Assembly: GCA_015680685.1 (NCBI GenBank)
Contig: MNCI01001841.1
Location: 200,264-264,263, forward strand
Direction of reading: 5' to 3'
From: Gnetum montanum
Taxonomy: Eukaryota > Plantae > Gnetophyta
Length of the DNA: 64,000 nucleotides
The notes under the pieces were generated by a model that was not told the DNA's origin, did not search any database, and was given only the letters and a program-made list of their open reading frames with translations. Of the stretch, positions 10,809-22,906 are shown piece after piece. The position numbers and the translations under genes were made by a program. Position 1 is the first letter of the stretch. Each line of letters opens with the position of its first letter.

Positions 10809-13800
10809 TACCCCCATGACTGAGTAACAACTCGTCCTCAAGTCAAAAAAAATGAAAACAAGTGCAATTAAGTACACAGTGGATAGGTATGGGATCATTG
10901 ACTACTAGGAATTTACTCATGCTACAGTGTGGAATTAAACAAAATTGAATTGGAACACAAACATAAAGTGTATAATGCAAAATTATTGGAACTCATGTGG
11001 TTCCTAGTGGTGGTGGCTCCTCCATGGGCACCTTTCCTTCATATTGTGCTCTAGGCTTCTAAGATTGATACTGTTGATGAAGTGTCTGACGTTTCTCCTT
11101 TTGTCTGAGGATCATGAGCCATCCATGCTGATGTTCCAATGTTTGATGGAGGCAGCACTTCCCATGGACATGATAGCTATGGAAATACTTGATTGGCCTT
11201 GACATACCATGTTGCAAATAGTCGTCATTCCTCTTCATAGGCTCTAGTCTTAACCTATCCACCTTTTTCTTGGCTAGATTGTGTAGTGATAGGAGTTTCC
11301 TGATGGATGCTGAATGATTATGCTATCCACTCTACAGGTTCTGCATGAGGCCCCTAGCCTCTACCTCCTCCTAGATGTTCAATTGCACCTTAAGAAGGTC
11401 CTCCTTTTTTTCTTCCCATTTGTAATCATACAAATATAAATTATTGGTAAGGTTATTTAAAGAAGTTCAATTATCTCATACTTTACTCATTTCCTTTAAT
11501 AAATGTTGAATTCTTTACTTAGTGTGATTTTAGAGTTAGAAGTTTTTCAAGGAAGTTGTCCTAAAATCTTAATGTCGAACCTGATTTGTTTAGGTGACAC
11601 ATAAAAGGACATGTAATGGTTTTGAGGAATGTTTGATAAAATGATGACAAAACAAAGATTAGATTTGACAATGAAGTACTCAAAGGGTATAAAATGATGT
11701 GGTGGTGTGCAACAAGTACAACTTACAAAATTCATGCAAGTGGATCCTCCCCAAAGCAGGTTCCAACCTATAACATCCTTGCGTAACCACACCTTAAAAT
11801 GTTCGTAGGCACTAAAAGGGTTAAATGCAATCTGCACCTGTGCAGTAAAACACACACATGTTAATACCACCATGATGAGGTATGAATTCTATGTCACACA
11901 AGACACAAGTTATAAGTATTTAGATCATGAGATGAGATGAATCGTAGAAGGGATTGCAAAGATCAGGACATGAGGTAACTTACCCTAGGCACAATGAATC
12001 CTAAGTGTAGGGCATGATTAATGTGTTATTAGCCTATTGCTCCAAAATTAAGACCAAGTCCATTTCTCTGATCAGTGACATCGCATTGTTTCATCTTATG
12101 ATGGACAACCATAAGAGCATCATGATAGCAAGGCATCCGATCACTTCGCATTTTGTTCAAGGGAGGAGTGAGTGATTTGGAATTCCTTTTGTGGCACATT
12201 TGTTTTTGTCTAGCTACTTTGGCACACTTTCTCTCTTCTTTTTTTCTCTCTTTTTGGTTTTTTTTTCTTGTGATTTGTAATCTAGAGAAGCCGCCTACCT
12301 TCAGGCATGGGTGCATTTCTTTCTAGTGGGACCCCCTAGAATAGCATCGGGTTTCTTTATTAAGTACCTTTTACTCTTACTCCCATTGTCATTAAATCTA
12401 CAAGGATCTTAGTACAACCAAGCTGCATTATAGCACCTACAAATGTCACCAAAGAAAATCCATAAGTCCCCTTGATGTCACACCCTAGCCATTCCTTCTT
12501 AGTCCATCATTCTTCGCTCTAGGCATAATGAGCACAAAATTACTTTTAAGTTTTCATGATGACAAGAATATCATTGTACCCAGAGTAGAACCTCTTATTA
12601 ATAGAATGGGTGGGTGGATGTTGTGGGCTCACTATCCAAATAATTAGTCACCTAAGACTTGATAGCATAGAACAACACCTCAACCAATAAGTTACATGAG
12701 TATTTTATTTACTAATGAGATTACCCTTAAAAAGATAAAAAACATAAATTGGAAATGAAAAAACTAGAAAACAAAAAATTGTAAAATCAAAGAAAAGGAA
12801 AATCATTTACTAATTTTGCTTGTTAGAATGGAGGATATCCCCCATAACTAAACTTTTGAGCATGGATATAATTAATAAATAGAAAATGCATATCCATACA
12901 TGTGGGAAATATTGGAGTATGATCATATCCAAACCACAGGGTGTCTTTTGATGTGGTGGCTAGAGTGTACCTAACTTGGGGTTCACACACTTGATTAAAG
13001 TTGGCATAGTGGAGAAAATTACAAGATGTGGTCATGTGATAAGGAGTTGACCCACTACAACACCCATGACCATAAGATGGTATGCAAGGATCGATATGTC
13101 TCCCCACATGGCTATATTCATTAGGCTGTATGGTTGTTGGAGTGTTGATTAGTGGCCTAGATAGAGTAACAAGAGGCATTGAGTTCAAGGAGGTAGATGC
13201 ATCACAGCGTTGAACTTTTGCTGAGTTGGAGGATGTAGTGGCTTCAGAATCGTGATGTCTCTTTCTATGATCCTGCCTAAAGAAAATATGCTTTCAATGT
13301 TGTGTAGGGTTCCCACTGCTATTGACAATAGTAGCACAAGTAATGTTCATGGGTTGATGTTGTGGTGCAAAACCTTCTAGCACAACTTGTGGCGATGTAG
13401 AAGGAGGTGAATGATGAGAATATTGAGGGCGAAGAGAAGTGTAAGAAACATGAGGTGGTGATCCTATTGGAGAGGTCATGGCTTGATAGTACTCAAGAGA
13501 ATGATAACGATGTGGTGAAATAGATGGCGTTGACCTAGTCAGGGAAACAGGATGCTGAACATAATAAACGCTTGGGTTTGGATGGTAGGAAGGGTGTGAC
13601 TAGTCTGATGGTGGCCTCCCCCACAACTAGGGTTTTTGCCACTGCGGTTGAACCCAGTATTTCTATATGAAATCACGATGTAACATTCCTTCCCAATGCT
13701 CTTGCAAATGTGAAGAGATTGGACATTGACCTTTGCGATGATTGTATAGGCAAATGATACATTGATACATATGATTGGCAGTTGAGTTCTTATCCTTATT

Positions 13801-15051
13801 GTCTTCAACCCTTCTTTTCGATTGTCTAGTGGTGTTCTGTCCTATTTCTTGGTTCATCATGGTTCTTCCTCTAATAATGTTAGCATATTCTACACATCTT
13901 TCATGTGCCTAGTCCATCATCTTATTGATCTTTGTCTCAATTTCATCTAGTGATTGTAGGATTGGCAAAGATGATTTCACCTCCTTGAAGTGAGTTGATT
14001 TCTCCTCTTCATGATCATGGACCCTTGCTAAGTTGAGGTTTTGATCCTATTGAGAACTTTCAACATTCTTTGCTATCCATTGGATAAGCTCTTGGAGTTG
14101 GTGGTTCCGTAGCTCATATAGTTGACCTAGGACATACATCCTATGGTCTCCCTTGTTTCATTACGAAGCCCATCCATGATGTGGTGTATTAGCCTTTCCT
14201 CGGAGAATCCATGGCCAGGGTAGTTGTTTAACAATGAATAGTATCTTTCTAAGGCCATGTCCANCAGTTGTTTAACAATGAATAGTATCTTTCTAAGGCC
14301 ATGTCCAAGGGTTCATGCTACCCTTGTTTCCATTCTTGGATTTGTCTCCTCAAGGCTGACACTCTTGCATAGGTTTGATATCTTTCATTGAAGAGTTCTA
14401 CCATTGTCGGCCAACATCGAATTGATTGTAGTCTTAAGGACCTATACCATACTTTTGCTTGGCCAATGAGTTTCATAGGAAAGAGCTTAAGTTTTTTCCA
14501 CCCATTATCAATATTGTTCCATACACAAGTATTGTAGAAGGCTTGTAAATGATGTTGCAGATCTAAATCATAGCCTCATGAAAACTTGGGAAAGTTATTT
14601 AAATCAAGCCTGGGTAGATGGCTTTTCTTGCGATGCCTGCAGGATATTCGAATAACCTCTTGTATATGCATTAGGCTCTTAGTGGCCAGTAGGGGTTCAT
14701 CATCACTAGGTAGGTTATGAATTTGCGAGTTGGGACAATGTTTTCTTCGTTCATGTTGGCATTTTTCACTTTGCTTGTGAGTTCGATTTTAATTTCTACA
14801 TCGACCCCTTGAAAGACAGTCATTCGTGTCATGACATGACATTCAAGGGACAAAGAAAGAGAAAGAACTGAAATACTCATCATGACTTTGGTAAGTCTCC
14901 CAATCATCCCTGGATAGATTCTTGTTAACTACTAAGAAGGTCCTAGGCCTTACAAGCCCCCTCGTTCTATGGGATGTCCCATCCTTACTAGAGGTGCTAG
15001 AGTTGGATGACAAGAGGCCATGAGTACTATCAGGGTGCTCATGATCATTGG

Positions 15052-16929
15052 TGAAACACCCTAAATTTTCAAGGCATTCTTGCTTCACCAAGTCTTTGCA
15101 ATTTAGGCAGCCTCATGTCACTTCGGCAAGAAATGGATGCTCTGAGTTTAGGCTATCCAGCTTGGCAAGTTTTCTAGCTGGGTATTTCATCCAGCTGACA
15201 GCCTACTCAAAAATGATGCAGAGAGTTGTTGATGGTGCTCAACATGCATGAAACAATTTGGCAAGTTTTCTAGCCAAGGAGTTTGCTACGGTACGCTACG
15301 CTATGTAGCATAGCAAGATTTTGGAGACAACTGTTCAGGTAATCAACTATAAATTATTACAAGACAAGGTGCTACGCTATGCTACCCTACACAAGGTAGC
15401 ATAACATAGCAAGAGCAAGACAGGAAGGCTTAGCTTACACAATGATTTCAATTTCACTCAGTTAGTGCCTTTGGCCTTCGAAACCAATTGCTTCGCTCAG
15501 CTCCAAGTCCTTCAACAATGGCTCCTTCCACCAGAAAGTAGCAAATTCAATGAAAAGTAGGCCATGTTGGCTACTATACTACATAGCGTAGCACAGCGTA
15601 GCAACTCTGTGAGAGTGACAAAAGGCATCTTAGAGTGCAGGATTAGCAAGTTCGTAAGTTTCGTGTTGCAAAGAGCAAAGGTTGTAGATTGTCAGCATTT
15701 TTGCGATAAAGGCCATCTGCTACGCTATGCTATGCTATGTAGCGAGCACGGTGTAGCAAATATGAAAAATTAGTCAGATCACTTCAAAGGCTTCCAACAC
15801 ATGCAACAGTCCCCAACGAAAGTTTCTGCCTCAAACTGGTGGCTATGCTTCCTACGGTGCATAGCATAGCACAACATAGTAAGATGCTATGCTATGCCAA
15901 CATGTTACACTCTAAAGCATAGCATGGCATAGCAAGTTGCTACGCTACGCCGACATGCTACGCTCCAAAGCGTAGCACATCGTAGTAAGCAGCTACGCTA
16001 CATCGATGCATCTCCTTGCATAGCAAGCTGCTACACTATGCCACATGCTAAGCTACAAAGCATAACACAACATAGCAGGCAACTACGCTACATCAATGCA
16101 CTTCACCTGTTTCTATCGTTGGCACACATCTCCAAGTTTTGACAATGTAATTACGGCATGGTAGGCTCATCAATTAGCCCTACATGTCCATGTAGCATAG
16201 ACACGTCAACATGGGCCCAAGACACATGGCGTCCAAACCGCATCTTTCGCATGCTCTTGGCCCTATAAATACCCTGATGAGTAACACTCAAAGGGTTCGT
16301 TGGTGGATTGGTTGGCTAGCAAGAAAAAATTTGATTAGCAAGTTGACAAGTTGGCAAGTTAGCACTTTCGCAAGCTAAAAAACTAGCAATCTTGAGCATT
16401 GAAAACATTTTGTTTGGCATTGTAAATAGTTAGCACCCCCATTTGGCATTATTTTTTTCTCTTTCCCACTATCTTTGTAGCATTTTGCATTGTTAACTCC
16501 CGAGTCCACATTCAAGCACACAGCTATCTTACTTTGAATGTCTTGGTTACTTTTGGGATCTCTGTGCTTCCCAACATCGCGCAACTAATTATATCCACCT
16601 TGAAAAATTGAATTCATAATCTTGAAGTAGTGCATTTTCCTAACTGCATTTTACTTTACTTTCCTGCTTATCATCACATTTTACATTGTTTTCCGTCCCT
16701 TTGCGTTTAAAGATCATTTTTATTTTATGCTGTAAATCTTGTTTCCAAATCATAAACTTGCAAAAGGTTATAGTAACACTGACTAAGTCCCTATCTGATC
16801 AACCAAACCATTCAAGGTGCCTCATTTTTGTTTCTATCCAGCACAGCCCTTGTGCGGATCTGGGGTTAAGACTGTCACAATCGACGACCTCTCAATGTTT
16901 TCTAGCCGTCGACATTTTTGGTCACTACT
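15052..16929 (+). repeat. 5' LTR of element B
   Basis: Starts TGAAACACCC. GCTACGCTA/TAGCGTAGC motif arrays. TATAAATA at ~16264. Followed by PBS-like CAGTGCTAGAAGGAGG. Confidence 0.92.
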
Positions 16930-17321
16930 ATTTTCCAGTGCTAGAAGGAGGACATTTTGGTTCCCTTTCCGTGTTTTACGGTAGTCTTGTATGCGTTCTG
17001 TACCTCGGCACACACTAGTGTAAGCTTGACACCCTTTACGGTTGTTTACGTGTCATGCGGTACAAATTGGTCACTTTGACAATTTCTTGGGGACCCTGCA
17101 AGACACAAAGCCTCCGAACGCCAACTGTTCTCCTTGTTTTTGCCATAGTCCTGCTTGCTTTTTATACCCCAATATGCGCTAGCGTAAACGTTACACCCTT
17201 TTGGGGTTGTTTACATACCGTGTGGTGCATATCGGTCGCTTCGACGGTTCTTCTGGAACCTTGTAGAACATAAAGCCTTAGATCGCTATTAGATCCCCTA
17301 GTTTTTTCCTTATTTACAACA

Positions 17322-20300
17322 ATGACTTCTTCAGCTACCATTGTTGCTACCTCTAACCTCGAGGTTCCCTTCATGGTTCAAGGCATTACAAGTGCCGAAC
17401 AACCACTCAGCCCAAGGCTGGGGCCGCGTCGATCCCTCAAGATCCAAAGTTAGGAACCTGAAGGTTTGGCCCAATAACACGAGAGATACAACTTCCTCTA
17501 CGCTAAGGTGCAGGCAAGCCTACCCTTAGATATGCAAGAACTCGAAGAGAAACGTAGCTTCGAGTTCATCTACTGCAATGGAAAGGAGTTTGTTCCCACC
17601 CTGGGTGCTTCCATCCCATTAACACAAACAAACCAATGGCTCCTATATCAACTGATCCATGTCCTTAGGCCTAGGGAGCCACAAGACACAGTGTCATGGG
17701 TAGGATGGATAGGAGGAGCTGGATTCTCAATCTGACGATGGGGGTCAAGCCAACCCTGCCACCGTCCCTCCTACCTAGTCTTTTTGGACTAAACTGTTGT
17801 CAATTTCCGCTCCATTCAAAGTCACGACCATTGCATTGTAGCCCACAATTCCACTTGTCATGGGTAGCCGTATCATGCCCTTGGCGTATCAACACGCCCA
17901 CATCCCTATCTTAGCCCCAATCACTACTGCTCCAGTAGTCGTTTATCAATCCCTTTTCTCTTCACAGCACACGCCAACCACAGCTACCCTACCTTAGATT
18001 CACACTGTACCTATCTCCCAGTCCTGTGCAACTTCTGCCTCTATCCTAGCATTTACACCTATTCCATCGCTAGCGGTGAGCCCTGGATTGTCCACATGGT
18101 GGACCCCATTTACTTCTCCTCTTGTTATGCTACCATCGAAGATGTCTCACCACGTTCCCCACCAAATTTACCAAACCCTACAGATAGTACAACCTAGCGC
18201 AGGAATATGGTTTGTTCCACCTCACACACAAGTCGGCCATTCCATGGTGCAACCTACAGTTGTTGCTCCAACAACATCACCTGTCAAGTGGTGGATAGCA
18301 CAAGCAGCACCGTTCACAGGGGCCACCCCAACGGTACCATAAATGGGTCACGTTACTGCCCCTGCCACTCCACAGATGGGAGCTGCCTCAATAGTTCCCC
18401 AACCATCTACATCATCACTGGGTCTGGATCAAGCATTCCAACTTATTCAAACCCTTACTAAGAAAATAAAATGCCTCAAGGCTATTGGGTCTGACACGAT
18501 ACAAGTTATGGACTTTTAACAGGACGACCCCATCAGCCCTGCAATCCCTACACTAATGCTACCTCCAAGGATGTCCCTTCCCCACTTCACAAAATACAAC
18601 GAGGAGGGGAATGCCAATGCACATCTTGTTACATTCAAGTATGAGTCCCTACTGCTGCAACAATGGCTGCACACGATCATCCGTGATTTTGCCATGTCTC
18701 TGACCGGGAGGGCCCTAGACTAGTACCGTGCCCTGCCACGCTCCTCCATATCAACCCTAAAGGAGCTTCTAACCCAGTTTGTAACGTGCTTCAAATATAA
18801 CTTGAAGCCAGAAATCATGCTAGATCAGTTGATGAGTGTGAAGCAAGATCCTCTAGAACCGGTCCAGAAGTTTATCCAACGTTGCAGTGCAAGCCTTAAT
18901 GAAATCCATGAGCCCATCGTGGAGGCCCACTTGTTGACCGTCTTTAACGGTGCAATAAATGATTTCATCAAGTCTAAGCTATACTACCTTGCTCCTCGCA
19001 CTCTTAGTTAGGCCTTTGCTCAAACTAATAGCATCTAGGATGTGGCTGAGATGAGCAAAGACCCAGCCTATGTTACTTACAAGAACACCTTCACGAAGAA
19101 GGACAAGGGTAAGGCTATGACAGCCACAGTGGCCGCTATGGCGAACAAGGCCAAACCTAAACCTAATAACAATGGTAACAAGAACAACAAAAAATCGGCC
19201 GCACCGGTAGCTAACCCCATGCCCAAGTAGGGTGACACGCTGCAACATTCCACACCTGCACCCAAGACATCTGTGCCACCAAAACTGAACTTTGAGCATA
19301 AAGATCGCTCAAAGAATACCCTGCTACTTGTCAAGCCTTCAGATCTTCTGAAGCAGCTACTAGCAATAGGGTACATCCAACACAAATAGATGTCAGAAGA
19401 GGGAGTTAGGAAACATCAGCGCTACTACGAGCTCCTTAGGAATCCCTCTTTGGCCTTGCCCAATGAACCCCCAGTTCCCAAGGGTTTTAGGTTGGATCAA
19501 TTTTGTGACAACCACCAAAAGTGTGGTCACAATACAAATTACTCTCTAGCATTGAAGGATGACATCCAAAGGATGATTGATCAAGGAAAGCTAGTGTTAG
19601 ACGAAAGTAACCCAGTACATCCTGAGAATCAACCTCTGCATGTCTACACTGACCCCCTCAATGCCAACAAAACCGATTATGTCATCAACACCATCAACAT
19701 TAACAATAACCCCAGACTACCCCAATAGCCTTTTATGGTCTATGTGCCTCAACGTAGCACACCAGCACCACTAGCGGCTGATCAAAGCCCATAGTAACCA
19801 TTTTTCCTAAGCGCCCCTCCCTGAGCATCTACCCCCACAGCACCTGTTAGCAAAACCACACCACCTCACCCGCTAACACCACTAGCTCTATTTTTCATCA
19901 AGGGGCCGACTCCTTCAATAGCTCCCATCCCACGTAAGACAGCTGCACAGGCTTCTCGTCCTAAAAAATGAGAAGTGTGTTTCATAGGCGAGATGTCAAG
20001 TGGAAGTATTGCCCTAGGTATTCCCAAGGATACATCTTCAACCCCTATGTCTGCACCTTGTTCACCAAAGAGGAATGTTGGTACGACCACACAGTTTGTG
20101 CGACCCCACAAAAAAGGGTCTGAACCCAGATCCGAAACTACCCCTCCTCAGGAAATCCATCTTCTGGGATGAATAGAAGAGGAGAAGGGCAGTAAATAGG
20201 GGGGTCACCAGGACCTCTTGGATGCTCTCACCTAGGTCAAGCAAGCTCTAAAATAAAAAACACTACATTGAGCTTGTATGACTTAATTATGATGTCTACC

Positions 20301-21126
20301 CCGCATCATGAGGCTTTGATTCGCATGTTCACAACGATTCCGGTCGATGAGGACATGCCGGCAAAAGAGGAAGTGATCCACTCGGTCGTGCTTCCCTCTA
20401 CGCCTATAGAGCCAAAGTCGTCCCAACTGACTTTCTGTGAAGACTCCATTAGAGAAGACCCTGAAAGGGGTTAGGTGACTATAGCATCCCTATTCATCAT
20501 AATTTGGGTCGACCAACATAGGATCTGAAGGGTACACATAGATGATGGGGCTGCCACAAATGTCATCCCCTTCCCTATTGTACACAAGCTAGGCTTGGTC
20601 AACCAGATCAAGCCCACAAAGACATCATGCCTAAAGTCATTTAATGGGGCACGGGTCATGGTGAAAGGCATGGTCCATATCGACTTCGTAGTAGGGGACC
20701 AGTTCCCCATGAACACAACGTTCATTATGGTCAAAGAGATGCCCAGGTTTAACCTGATCTTGGGGAGGTCATGATTAGCGCAGATTAGGGCTGTCTCCTC
20801 ACCCATACACCAGGACATCCATCTACCCTATGCAAGCAGAGAGGTGGTAATCCATGGAGACAATGTGCTACACAAGCTATTAATAACGTAGACATGGAAC
20901 AGGGCTTAGAGGTCATAACCTCTTAGAATGAACCGCCTATCACTGCACGCACTAACCATCTAGTAGAAGAATTAACTCAGCAAGCCAGTTTCCAAAATGA
21001 AAATGCATGGGCTAAGTTGCCCTTCCAAGTAGGGGACAATGATGTAGAAGAAGGCCTTGGCAAAACACCTTGACCTTATGTCTCGCTCAACCCATGATGG
21101 GTCAAGAAGCAGCTACGCATAACGTA
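17322..21126 (+). pseudogene. Element B gag and protease (disrupted)
   Basis: Pro/Thr-rich N-terminus. Gag core LPHFTKYN...AMSLTGRALD*YR. Zinc knuckle FCDNHQKCGHNTNYS. Protease VHIDDGAATNVIP...FNLILGRS. Many stops and frameshifts. Confidence 0.85.
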
Positions 21127-21196
21127 GTAGCCCCACTGCTTCCTACCTAGTTGTCATCCTTTGTACATTTACCACCTTTTTATTTTTGCATCCATC

Positions 21197-22650
21197 TGAA
21201 ACACCATAAAAATTTTCAGGCCTCGATGGTTTGGCAAAATCTAGTAATTCAAGCAAGGAGTCGCGATGCTGCGCAGCATAGTACAAATAAATTTCAGAAG
21301 ACAGAATAAAATGATGGGTGCACGACGGCAAGCCTTCAACTTTGCAAGTTTTCTATGTTTCAAAAATCTTAACTTTTAACATACTACGCTGCATTACACA
21401 ACATAGCATAATGTCGCGTTATGCAGCGTAATGTCAAAGACAGTCCACCGCAACATCAAAGATGGAAAACATTCAAGACTTTGATGACCCAGCAAAAATC
21501 TCAACATTTAGGCAATGATCTACAGCATGCTATGCATTTCAGCAGGTTCTCTTTCTTGCTTAAGGGACCTATTACGCTGCGTTACACAGTGTGATGTAAC
21601 AAACCCTGGAAGGATTGATTAGAAACAGAGGAAACGTAGCGACAACACTTCCATTTTTCGCAAGTTCGCTATTTTACGCTGAATCACGCTATGAGGCGTA
21701 ATTTAGCATGGTGTAGCGTAATACAAACAAAGACAAAAGTAGTATAACACGAGCATCAGCAGTTCATATGTCACAATACACTCTCTAGCGTATCACAGCG
21801 TAATCAAAGAACAGCCTATCGCCAAAGCCCAAACAAGAGTGGTTTACGATGCGCTATGCAATATGGCGTCGTAAGCTTCAACAACAAACACATCAGGTCA
21901 ACGGCATTGTACAGGTTCAGGACATGCATCATCTAAATCACTTTTTTCTCCTAACCCTAATCTTATAAATACTCCAGTCGACAAAGATCAAAGGGTTGGT
22001 AAACATTTCTCCTAAGATTAACAGATTTTCTCTGTGGGTGATTTTTTGGCAATGTTTGGAAACTTATAGCAAGGATTGATAAGAGAGCAAAGAGGATCAG
22101 TAATAGCAAGAGTATCGAAGACAATTGGCAAGAACCTTTCATTAGAATTAGCTGTTTGATGGACATTCTACTTCGGGACCAACCTCCTTGTACCCAGATC
22201 CGCCAGAACAAGGTAGATCGACCTTTGCTTGCTTCATCTTTGAATAGCCTTCTTGTTGTTGGCATGTACTTCACTTAAATTGAAGTCCACTTGTAATCAT
22301 TGTATCTAATATATTTGGTTCGTGAGTTGAATCCCAGATCTAGGGATTGCTTGCCTTCTAAATCTGATCTCTTGTCCCCTATTTACACAAATCTCGCAAA
22401 TTGCTTTAAATCGATTACATCATTTTCAATTATCTTCGAAATTAAAAATATTATATCTTCTCATAAAGAACCATCATTTTGTCATCCAAATATTACTGAT
22501 CAAGTAAGTTCGTGTCTAATCCACAAGACCGTTCAAGGCACCTCGGATTCGTTTTTTCTCCAGCACGGTCCTCACATGGATCCAGGGTTAGAACTGTGTA
22601 CGCAGACTTTCGTTCGGTATTTCCAACGACCGATGTTTTCCATCATTATA
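21197..22650 (+). repeat. First LTR of element C
   Basis: Starts TGAAACACCA. Colinear with 29787-31251. TATAAATA at ~21964. Confidence 0.92.
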
Positions 22651-22656
22651 GTTTTC

Positions 22657-22673
22657 TGGTGCTAGAAGGAGGG
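22657..22673 (+). promoter_or_regulatory. Primer binding site, tRNA-Asn type
   Basis: TGGTGCTAGAAGGAGGG is nearly the complement of the plant tRNA-Asn(GUU) 3' end CCCTCCTTCTAGCGCCA. Copies at ~16936 and ~31258. Confidence 0.8.
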
Positions 22674-22906
22674 CCTTCATATCTCATACGCATTTTACGG
22701 GTAGTCTTGTAAGCTATCTATACCCATTGTCAATCGATGAAAACGTAGTACCTCCAAGGTTGTTTACGGGATTGTGTGGTGCAGATCGGTCGCTTCGACG
22801 ATTTCTTTGGAATCCTACAAGATAGAAAGCCCTGATTATTATCTTAGTTTGCCTTTGCCATTTTGATCTTTACCCTTATCATCATTATTTCTGAACTGCA
22901 TTGAAA

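Noticed and set aside
14222-14307. Exact ~42-bp direct duplication
   Set aside because: The copies are separated by an N (14264), so this is an assembly artefact.
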